Source: a virus. From it: DNA of 64,000 nucleotides. The notes beneath the pieces were generated by a model, which made no database searches, was not told where the DNA came from, and saw nothing but the letters and a program-made list of their open reading frames with translations. The position numbers were made by a program, and so were the translations under genes. Positions 54,054-62,042 of this stretch are shown here, in pieces. Every line of letters starts with the position of its first letter. Position 1 is the first letter of the stretch. The stretch spans positions 2,050 through 66,049 of the IMG/VR virus record IMGVR_UViG_3300015189_000003; one strand, given 5' to 3'.

Positions 54054-55268
54054 TTAGGGAGCCTTTCCTATGGGTGGACCGCGGCGCTTCATGAATTTCC
54101 CGTTCTGCAAATCGTTCGCAAACTGCTGCAGCGGAAGGGCCTTGCCAGCCTCTTCCGTCATGTACTTATCTATGGCGGCCTTCATCTTGGCGAGGACGAC
54201 GCCAGCCGCCCCAAAAGCCGGGAGGGCCGCGAGTGCGACAGGAGCCAGCTCGATAATTTGAGCCACGCCGTTTTGAATTGCGCCAGTAATGGCGTTGGTC
54301 AGATTCGCCATCAGCGCCTGCATCGGCAGCATGGCGTTTTCCAGCCGCGATTGCGCCGCCGTCTGAGCGCTGCCGGTTTTCGCCGTCGCCGCGCCCAGCC
54401 GGATATTTCGGCCAATGCGATCGACTTCGAGCTTCGCAGCCGCGGCGGCCAGCGACCCGTTATATTCCACCAGGTGCTCGCGAGCCTTGACGAGCGAATC
54501 GCCGAAGTCTTTGAGCCGGCCAGGCAGTCGAGCGAGCCACGAAACGGCACGACCGCCAGCGCCAGCGGCGTCCTTCGCGGCGTTAATCCCGCCCATCGGC
54601 CCGCCGTACCGCATGAACAGGCGGACGACCTGCATTCCCTGCGCTACCGAATTTCCGACCGCCGAGCTGGCAGCCTGCCGAGCGAATAGCCGGGCCTGAT
54701 TGCCGAGATAACTTTGAACCTGATTTTTCGGCTGCCTTCCACCAGGGCTATTTCCTGCCGGTGGAGCATTATTGCCGGCGGGGGGCCCGTTTCCGCCACC
54801 TCCGCCGCCGGGAGCCTGAAGGTTGAAAAGCTGCTGCGCCAGCCGCTGAATAGACTGCGCGGCTTGATTCGCCATCCGCTGAATCGAGCTTTGGCCGGAC
54901 TGCGCGGATTGCTGGATATTCGCCGCCGCTTGCTGCGCGGCTTGCGATCCTGCCTGCCCGGCGGCTTGAGCCGCTTGCTGGCCAGCCTGCCGAACAGTTT
55001 GCCCGGCCGCTTGTGCCGCCTGGCCGACAGGACGCGCGGCATTGGCCGCCGCAGTCGCCCGGGAGCCAGTCCCCGCGACATAAGACGACGCCTTCGCGGC
55101 CCCTTGGGCGAGGCTGCCAGACGCCTTGCTGGCCGTCTGCGAGACAAAGCCAGCAGCGCCGCGCGCGGCAGACATTGCCCCGCGGACAAGCCCGGTCCCC
55201 GCGCGCACCGCCCCTTGAGCGGCAGACGCAATCCCGCGACCGACAGCGGCAAAAATAGGTGCTGGCAT
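54054..55268 (-). CDS. Putative tape measure protein (short)
   Basis: Ala/Gln-rich helical sequence directly after the chaperone frameshift pair. Confidence 0.6.
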   Translation of the reverse strand: MPAPIFAAVGRGIASAAQGAVRAGTGLVRGAMSAARGAAGFVSQTASKASGSLAQGAAKASSYVAGTGSRATAAANAARPVGQAAQAAGQTVRQAGQQAAQAAGQAGSQAAQQAAANIQQSAQSGQSSIQRMANQAAQSIQRLAQQLFNLQAPGGGGGGNGPPAGNNAPPAGNSPGGRQPKNQVQSYLGNQARLFARQAASSAVGNSVAQGMQVVRLFMRYGGPMGGINAAKDAAGAGGRAVSWLARLPGRLKDFGDSLVKAREHLVEYNGSLAAAAAKLEVDRIGRNIRLGAATAKTGSAQTAAQSRLENAMLPMQALMANLTNAITGAIQNGVAQIIELAPVALAALPAFGAAGVVLAKMKAAIDKYMTEEAGKALPLQQFANDLQNGKFMKRRGPPIGKAP

Positions 55269-55271
55269 GGG

Positions 55272-55855
55272 CTAGGATTCCGGTGCTTGTTTGGCCGCGG
55301 CGACACTGGCGGAATGTTCCGCGTAAGCGACATTCGCCTCTTCCGGCGAGTCGCTAATCGCCTGGAAGAAGCCCAGGGAAAGAGAGGGCGAAAAAGCCTC
55401 GTGAATCCCAATCGTCACGCGGGAAGCGTGTCTCAATTCGGCCCGGTCACGGTTGAAGTAGATTCCGACGGCGAGCTCGTAGGAGTCGCCGAACATTCGG
55501 GCAGCGGCGTCGTATCCGAAGCTGGCGGCGATGTCAGCGGCTGGTTGTCCTTTTTTTTTACAGAATCCACCCAGTCGAAATACTGCAGCAAGAGAGAAAT
55601 GCACTCTTGCTCAGTCAATCCGCCGGCATCGAGTGACTTCACACCAAACGCCGAGCGAACAGCCGCCGCCGTGATTCCGATTGCGTCCGCGTCCCCGGCG
55701 TCAACCAGTGCCGGATGGACGTCGATATTGAACTTGGCGTCGTCCTTGAGCGAACGATAAACGACGATCGGGTCAGCCGACCGCGGCTTGTTGCCGTCGA
55801 AATAAGTGAATATCTCGCGCTGCCGAGCAGGCTTTCCCCACAATCGCCAAAACAT
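55272..55855 (-). CDS. Tail assembly chaperone G (55433-55855) and -1 frameshift product GT (to 55272)
   Basis: Slippery GTA AAA AAA AAG at 55550-55561; the -1 frame is open to TAG at 55272, directly before the tape measure. Confidence 0.75.
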
Positions 55856-55868
55856 CTCCGCCCCCTTA

Positions 55869-56357
55869 TTAGGTCGTCGTCGAGTTGTACATTGCCGTCG
55901 CCACAGCCGCGCGATAGCACTTCGCCGTGACAATCGCCTTTGAATGCTTTGTCCCGATATTGACTTCCTTCGCATCAGTGAACACGGCGCAAATGTAGTT
56001 GCGTGGCGTATTGACCGAATGAATCAAGAGCCGCCAGTAAACCGACCCCTGGAAATACAGCGAGCCGGACGTACCCGGAGTGCCCGCAGTTCCGCCCGCG
56101 ATGCCCGCGCGAATCGTGTTCAGGACCGTTTCGTCATATTTGGTCAGCGTCAGCCGGACGGTATGCACTTCGCCCAGATACTGAATATCAATCGGCGGAC
56201 CGCCGTCGCCGCCGTTTTCGTCACCGTGGACCTCTTCGGTCATGACGACTTCGGTGATTTCCGCGCCGTTGATCGTGTAGCCAAGAGTGGCCAGCGCCCC
56301 ACCGGTCGTGCAGACCTTAATCGTCGCCAGGCCGCCGAGTTGAATTGCTAGTGCCAT
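55869..56357 (-). CDS. Putative tail tube protein
   Basis: 162 aa, LGYTING..I...EVHGDE.GG..GPP.D; located between head-tail and chaperone genes. Confidence 0.6.
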   Translation of the reverse strand: MALAIQLGGLATIKVCTTGGALATLGYTINGAEITEVVMTEEVHGDENGGDGGPPIDIQYLGEVHTVRLTLTKYDETVLNTIRAGIAGGTAGTPGTSGSLYFQGSVYWRLLIHSVNTPRNYICAVFTDAKEVNIGTKHSKAIVTAKCYRAAVATAMYNSTTT

Positions 56358-56360
56358 TGC

Positions 56361-56870
56361 TTATGCTCTTCCCGGCAATCGCCGTTGAGGATAGTAACCG
56401 TTGTTCTGGCGGCAGGCTTCCACCGTCAGATTTAGCGCCCGGATAGACGACGCCGAGGGCGTGTTGATCGAGGGCAGCCCGGCCTCTTTCACGTCGTCCA
56501 CGTCGAAGATGTTTTCGCCGCGACGCAGTTTGTCGAGTGATTCGCGAGCCGCTTTCATCGCGGCGTCTTTGTTGTCGTCTTCGAGATACGGCCGCCGCTC
56601 CCACAGCAGGCCCATCGCAATCTTGCAAGTAATCCGCTTGAGGTACGCCAGGGAATTTCCCGTCAGCGCCGCAAGCTGGACCGTCGTGTACCGCTTGCCT
56701 TGCAGCAGCGCGGCGTCTATTTCCCCGCTGGCGTCATCCAAGGCCGCGGCGAGTTTGGTATCGCTGGCGAGATTCGCCGGCGTGACCGAAACACCGTTGT
56801 CGCTGCACAGGTTGCCGACCGTCCGGGCGTCGTAGCGCGTCAGAAGGTCAGAGGCAGCGGCGTAGGCCAT
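56361..56870 (-). CDS. Head-tail adaptor (Mu gp36/DUF1320-like)
   Basis: AY...DL..RYD...AALDDASGEID..L...RY. Confidence 0.8.
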   Translation of the reverse strand: MAYAAASDLLTRYDARTVGNLCSDNGVSVTPANLASDTKLAAALDDASGEIDAALLQGKRYTTVQLAALTGNSLAYLKRITCKIAMGLLWERRPYLEDDNKDAAMKAARESLDKLRRGENIFDVDDVKEAGLPSINTPSASSIRALNLTVEACRQNNGYYPQRRLPGRA

Positions 56871-56945
56871 GGAGTGCTATCCAAAAACCCGCAGCCAATC
56901 GGCGGAGGATGAAACCGAAAGGCCGCGGGGGGCGAAGGGAATCGA

Positions 56946-58010
56946 CTAGGCGACGGCGGAGGTGAACAGGAAGCCGCTCACAGGGGCGATTGCCACCATG
57001 TGATAGTCATCCGTCACGCGGGCCAGATGCACCCGGTTGTCCACGTCGTGCTTAGTCTCGACGCTCAGCTCTTCCTTGAAGAAACCGGCGAACGTCGAGA
57101 AGTTGGGAGCGCTGTTGCTGTCGGTCGGCGCGACGAGCGAGCCGGGGCGAGAGCAAAGGAACGGGCTGGTGTCGCTGCAAACGTAGGAGTTGGCGAGCGT
57201 GGCACCCTTCTTCGAAGTCACCTTGACGGTGTCCTCGATGACGATTTCCGTTCCGTAGATGGAAGGCGGCAAGCCGAACGACATGTTCTTCTTGGCGTTG
57301 CTTCCAAATTCGCCGGTGATCCACGCCTTGGCGTCGGGAGCACCCTTGATGAGGTCGACGATTTCCTGGCTGACGCTCATCTTGCGGGCGCAGCCGGGGG
57401 ACATAACGAGCTTGATGTCGTTGACGTTGATCCCGCCGAGGGTGTCCTTAAACATCAGTTCCTTGGCATAGTCCAGGGACCGCTTGATGTCCTGCCGGGC
57501 AGTCGTGGACGCATCCCACTTGCCAGTCACGCCCGTGATGGACGAGACGGCGGAAGTGTGGGTCGAGTCGTAGGTGCCGGTCGTCTGCGCGAGCGTGACA
57601 GCCTTCTGGGTCCGGGCGGTCATCAGCTTTTGGAGCTGAATGCGTCCGTACTGCGCGAGGATGTCCCAAGACGCTTCGTCGACCATCTTCTGGCCGAGGC
57701 GGACGACGTCGGTGTACCGGGTTGTTCCGTAGGCCAGAAATTCGAACTTCTCGGTGTTCCCGCGGCCCGAGGGCGCGTCGCTCCCGTCCGCCCAGATCAT
57801 GTCCGTCAAGCTGGACGACAAAAGCCGGCCGGCCTGTTCGACGGTCATTTTCAGGTAATACCCGACACTCTTCGTGACGGGGATAATCTGAATCCACTTG
57901 TTGAGGGCGAACGACTCGACATTACGCGAGAAGTCCACGACCAGGCCCTTGGTCGCCTCAGCCGAGGGGACGTAGGTATTCGGTGCACCACCAGGAAAAA
58001 CAGCAGTCAT
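56946..58010 (-). CDS. Major capsid protein
   Basis: 354 aa following the scaffold and cement genes and preceding the gp36-like gene. Confidence 0.8.
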   Translation of the reverse strand: MTAVFPGGAPNTYVPSAEATKGLVVDFSRNVESFALNKWIQIIPVTKSVGYYLKMTVEQAGRLLSSSLTDMIWADGSDAPSGRGNTEKFEFLAYGTTRYTDVVRLGQKMVDEASWDILAQYGRIQLQKLMTARTQKAVTLAQTTGTYDSTHTSAVSSITGVTGKWDASTTARQDIKRSLDYAKELMFKDTLGGINVNDIKLVMSPGCARKMSVSQEIVDLIKGAPDAKAWITGEFGSNAKKNMSFGLPPSIYGTEIVIEDTVKVTSKKGATLANSYVCSDTSPFLCSRPGSLVAPTDSNSAPNFSTFAGFFKEELSVETKHDVDNRVHLARVTDDYHMVAIAPVSGFLFTSAVA

Positions 58011-58098
58011 CGGTTAAACTCCAAAATCAAGAACTTGTGTGTAAAAGTGCTTGGCCTTGGTGTTGTCCAATGACCGACGAGAAGCGGGCTCCAGGCGT

Positions 58099-58515
58099 TT
58101 AGACCAGGGCCGGATAGACAGCGCCGCGAACGACGAGAACGCGAATCAGTTCGCCAGAGACGCCAGACTCCAGCGCGACAGCGCCGAAGTTTTGCAGGGT
58201 CGCTCCGGTCGTGGCTCGCACGACGCCCTTGCCGTCGGCGTCCGATTTGATTTCGTCGCCACGGGTCACAGTGCCGGCGAGTTCCAGCAGGCAGAAAGAG
58301 CCCACCGGGTTGAACGCCAGCGACTGGGTGGCGGCCGCGGCCAGGGTGCTTGCACTCGGAATCGGGGCGTCACGCGAGGCGGACGAGGAGATGCCGAAAA
58401 CGGCTTCGTTGGCACCGGCCTGGAGGACGGTATAGTCCGCCGCGGTCGAAACCTTGATGAAACGCGCGGGGTTGACGTCTCCACCCGCAACCATAGAAAA
58501 CGAGTCGTAAGCCAC
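58099..58515 (-). CDS. Capsid cement/decoration protein (DUF2190-like)
   Basis: VNPARFIKV...GDEIKSDADGKGV...ALESGVSGELI. Confidence 0.75.
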   Translation of the reverse strand: MAYDSFSMVAGGDVNPARFIKVSTAADYTVLQAGANEAVFGISSSASRDAPIPSASTLAAAATQSLAFNPVGSFCLLELAGTVTRGDEIKSDADGKGVVRATTGATLQNFGAVALESGVSGELIRVLVVRGAVYPALV

Positions 58516-58538
58516 AGGCTAATTCCTTATTGCTGAAA

Positions 58539-58594
58539 ACGAAAAAAGCCCGCGCAGGTCACACGACTCACGCGGGCTCGATGGATTCGATACC
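58539..58594 (-). terminator. Conserved element, copy 5
   Basis: GGTATCG-N8-GAGCCCGCG...CGCGGGCT-TTTTTCGT. Confidence 0.75.
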
Positions 58595-58615
58595 CAAATT
58601 CAAACAGGCCGAGGC

Positions 58616-60007
58616 TTACGCCGCGGGCTTTTGCTCATAACTCTTGCGAACCGTTTCGCAGGCGTCGCGGAACGGAATATGCTTGCCGGCCTTAGTGGCG
58701 GCGTCGCAGATTTTTTCCGCCTCTTTCATGTACATGGTCCGCTTCCGGTCGCTGTCGCTGTCCGTCTCGATTCCCTTGGGAACCGGGAGCATGTTCAGCG
58801 GGATCCGCTGATACTTCTTGACGACGGTGTCGGTGAACTTGCCGAAAGCCGCGTCGGACAGGTCTTGAACGTCGGCGATTTCCTCGTCGGGAACGATGAC
58901 AAAGCCCTGCGCCTTGAGGTCGTTCAGTTTCTGATAGCGAGTCGCCCGGCGGGCCTCCCGCTTCGAGCCTTCCACCACAGCGGCCAGCTCGTCGTGTTTG
59001 GCGGTGATTTCGCGGAGGTCGACAACGGCTTTTTGATATTTGACTTGGTACTCGTCGGCCATCCGCTGATACTTTTTGACCGCGGGCTCGTCGTCCTCTT
59101 CGTCCGGCTTTTCGGCCTCGACCGGCGGGGCTTCCGGCTTGTCTTCCGGCTTGTCCTCGTCGATTTCCGGCGCGTCGTTCAGTTCATCGGGCGGAGCGTC
59201 AACGGGAGCGGCTTCGCCTTCGGCCGGCGGCATTTCGGGCGGCATCTCGTCGCCGTCCGGCTCGCCTTCGGGCGCGATTTCGGCACCGGCGTCAACATCC
59301 GGGGCGGGATTCATTTCGGCAAAAATCGCCTGGCAGACCGGCTTCATGGCAACCACAATCTGCTGAATATCTTCAGGGGACAGCATGAGCTTGCTCGCCT
59401 TTTCGTAGGTTTTAGGTTTCTTCTCTTCGACCATGCCAGGAAGGACGACATTCGTCCCGCCGGCTTCGGCGGCGTAGTGCGCCAAACGCGAGTACTTTAC
59501 GCATCGCATCCCGGACTTTTCAGCCTTGCCGTAAAGTACTGGCAAATCCAGCTCTGGCATCTCGCTTCCGAGGAGGCTCACAGGATGGAAATATCCATCG
59601 GTGGGCCTGGTCTTTGAGCACCAGAATTCAACACTTCTGTACGGATACTTGCGAACCTTATGGGCGTCATCGCGGTATACCCGCATTTTTCCATAAACGG
59701 CGGCAACCATCCCCTTGCCGTCGTCTGATTCAATCGTGCCGAGTCGGTACGGCCCGCACAGTCCAATCACTTCCGGGTCGCGACCATCTCCGTTGTGGCG
59801 AATCACAATCGGGGCGAAAGCCTTGCGCCGGATAATCCGGTCATTGCATCGCTTGGTGATTCGCTCCATCGCCGCCTTGTCAAAGCGGTTTCCGTCCCTG
59901 TCTACATGTTCAGTGAACAGGCAAACGTACCCGAAATCACGAAACTCCCCATCGTCCGTTGCGGACATACTTTGTGGACGGAGCTCGGATAACTGGCGTT
60001 CATTCAC
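58616..60007 (-). CDS. Prohead protease/scaffold (Mu gp32-like)
   Basis: N-terminal domain with H...YPYRSVEF...VSLLG, then an acidic linker and coiled coil. Confidence 0.75.
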   Translation of the reverse strand: MNERQLSELRPQSMSATDDGEFRDFGYVCLFTEHVDRDGNRFDKAAMERITKRCNDRIIRRKAFAPIVIRHNGDGRDPEVIGLCGPYRLGTIESDDGKGMVAAVYGKMRVYRDDAHKVRKYPYRSVEFWCSKTRPTDGYFHPVSLLGSEMPELDLPVLYGKAEKSGMRCVKYSRLAHYAAEAGGTNVVLPGMVEEKKPKTYEKASKLMLSPEDIQQIVVAMKPVCQAIFAEMNPAPDVDAGAEIAPEGEPDGDEMPPEMPPAEGEAAPVDAPPDELNDAPEIDEDKPEDKPEAPPVEAEKPDEEDDEPAVKKYQRMADEYQVKYQKAVVDLREITAKHDELAAVVEGSKREARRATRYQKLNDLKAQGFVIVPDEEIADVQDLSDAAFGKFTDTVVKKYQRIPLNMLPVPKGIETDSDSDRKRTMYMKEAEKICDAATKAGKHIPFRDACETVRKSYEQKPAA

Positions 60008-60010
60008 GGT

Positions 60011-60069
60011 ACGAAAAAAGCCCGCGCCACCCAGGAAGGATGGCGCGGGCTCAATGAAAGTTTGATACC
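60011..60069 (-). terminator. Conserved element, copy 6
   Basis: GGTATCA-N10-GAGCCCGCGCCA...TGGCGCGGGCT-TTTTTCGT. Confidence 0.75.
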
Positions 60070-60113
60070 CTTGTGTCGTTACGGTGCAAGATAGCGGGAA
60101 GCCCCGATCTGGG

Positions 60114-60938
60114 TCAAATAGCTTTTTTGGCTTTTGCGTACCTATCTAAATAGGCCACTGCACCCGCCAATCTTTCTCGCTCGCGGACAATCGAATTACA
60201 CGGCTGGCAGAGAATTCCGCGGACGGCAGCGCGGCGCAATTCTGGGGCGGCTTCTTTCTGGTTCGGGCATACGGCGTGGCAATGATCGACCGGCATAAAT
60301 CCATGCCCCTTCGGCTTTTGAGTTCCGCCGCAAATCGCACACCCACCGCCCTGCGCCGCCAGCATCTCGTCGTAATCTTGCAGCGTCATGCCATAAGCCT
60401 TCATTAGATACAGCCTTCGGTTTCCCCTCGATTTCGCTGGCGTGCTGCCTGGATTGGCCATGCGATATTCAGATCCCTTCTTAAGGGAACAGGCGGTGCA
60501 CGGCCCGTGCGCTCCACGGTTGCACGGGTAGAAATCTTCGAGCAGCTTTACGCACTTGCAAAGACTGCATTTTTTCTTACCGTCGATGATTTGCACGCGA
60601 TGAGCCGGCCGCAAGTTTGGATTTTGAGCCTTGCGATATGCCCAATTAATGCCTCGCTGGCAATCTTTGCAATGCGGCGCAATTCCAGACTTACTCTTGG
60701 ATTGCTTGGCGAATTCCGCGACCGGCTTGATTTCACCGCACCGAGTGCAGGCTTTTTTCCCATCGACGATTTCGACGCGGTGGGCAGGAGAATGCTCACC
60801 CCAAATCCTGGCGTAGAGCCTTTTGCAGAGTTTGCAATGCGGCTGCAATCCGTCTGGGGTGCAGGATTTTTTATAAAACTCCCCGACCGCCTTCGCTTCG
60901 CCGCACTTTGTACAGACCTTTGTTTTCTCGCACTCCAT
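60114..60938 (-). CDS. Endonuclease VII-family homing endonuclease
   Basis: Three KxCxxC repeats; CAICG...VDHCH...VRGILCQPCN. Confidence 0.88.
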   Translation of the reverse strand: MECEKTKVCTKCGEAKAVGEFYKKSCTPDGLQPHCKLCKRLYARIWGEHSPAHRVEIVDGKKACTRCGEIKPVAEFAKQSKSKSGIAPHCKDCQRGINWAYRKAQNPNLRPAHRVQIIDGKKKCSLCKCVKLLEDFYPCNRGAHGPCTACSLKKGSEYRMANPGSTPAKSRGNRRLYLMKAYGMTLQDYDEMLAAQGGGCAICGGTQKPKGHGFMPVDHCHAVCPNQKEAAPELRRAAVRGILCQPCNSIVRERERLAGAVAYLDRYAKAKKAI

Positions 60939-60965
60939 CTCTGCATTTTTGCGGAGAGAGTAAAT

Positions 60966-61355
60966 CTAGGTCAAATCGTCCGAATCCTCCAAACTCTCCC
61001 GCCAAGGTTCGTCATCATCCCCGCCGCGCCCGTTCTCAATGACCAGCTTAAAGAACTTGAGGAACTGTAGCACGTCGCCGTGCATATCGTCCACCGAACT
61101 TGCCATCGTCTTCGCTTCGCGGGCCATCTTTTCCGCTGCCTTGCCGATTCGGCCCATCGTTGTCAGGTTGTCAACGTGCGACCAATCGTCGTCGAGCCGG
61201 TCCAGCATCTTCCGCAGCAGATCGCGGGTCTGCTCGTCCGACATTGCCCGCATCCGGCCTTCCACCGAGAGCGACGACCAGCATTCGCCGCAGATAGGCG
61301 GCAGGCCGGGCGTCAGGCCCTGAATAGGGCGTAGGCAGGCGAGGCAGGGGGGCAT
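60966..61355 (-). CDS. Hypothetical protein (CxxC...CxxC), probably leaderless
   Basis: TTGAAA-N17-TACAAT-6 nt-ATG 61355. Confidence 0.65.
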   Translation of the reverse strand: MPPCLACLRPIQGLTPGLPPICGECWSSLSVEGRMRAMSDEQTRDLLRKMLDRLDDDWSHVDNLTTMGRIGKAAEKMAREAKTMASSVDDMHGDVLQFLKFFKLVIENGRGGDDDEPWRESLEDSDDLT

Positions 61356-61440
61356 GGGTGGATTGTACACCTATGCCGGGGATTTTTCAATCGTTGGGGT
61401 CGAAGTGGCAAGAACTTGCGACCGCCACTACAATTGACAA

Positions 61441-62042
61441 ATGCAATTAACAATTACCAAGACAATCCTCAGTTTGTGCGATTATTCGGGCGTGTGGAGC
61501 CAGCCGTTTGCAGACGCTGGCTACGAAGTGATTCGCGTTGACCTGCAGCATGAAGGAGATGTTCGCCTGCTGGAATATCCCGGTCGAGTTCACGGAATTT
61601 TAGCCGCTCCACCGTGTCGCGTTTTCTGTCGGCCGGGTGCTCGACTCTGGCAAGAGTGGGGCGATAAGGAACTGCTGAATGGGCTTTCTATTGTTGACGC
61701 TTGCTTGCGACTGGTAGCCGTCTGCCGGCCGGCATGGTGGGCTTTGGAAAATCCACCAGGACGGCTTGATAAGTACCTCGGGCCGCCGTCGCTGCCTTTC
61801 CATCCTTGGGAATTCGGCGACGCATACACCAAGCATACACCAAGCATACATATCTCTGGGGCAAGTTTTCCGCACCAGAAAAATCGCCTGTCGAGCCGGA
61901 AGCCTACCCCGACAACCTTCCTCCGGGGCGCAGGGACCGCACAAGCCGAATGTCCTCCTCGTGGCGGAACGAACGGGCGATGACGCCGCCGGGCTTCGCC
62001 AGGGCGTTCTTTGAGGCTCAAGACCGCTTCAAATCCGGATAA
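61441..62042 (+). pseudogene. Small C5-methyltransferase-like gene frameshifted by an 11-bp duplication
   Basis: LSLCDYSG, AAPPC, LENPPG; the C-terminus (TYLWGKF...TPPGFARAFF) is in another frame after (CATACACCAAG)2. Confidence 0.8.

Noticed and set aside
56890-56940. Seventh copy of the conserved terminator-like element
   Set aside because: A hairpin and T-tract follow the capsid gene, but the GGYATC box, GAGCC stem start and CGT tail are absent; treated as an ordinary terminator.
57000-58073. Long plus-strand ORFs opposite real genes (e.g. 57000-58073, 21880-23256, 58631-59617, 53781-54689, 32646-33512)
   Set aside because: These are shadow ORFs from GC-rich codon bias on the coding strand; they have no motifs, RBS or promoter.
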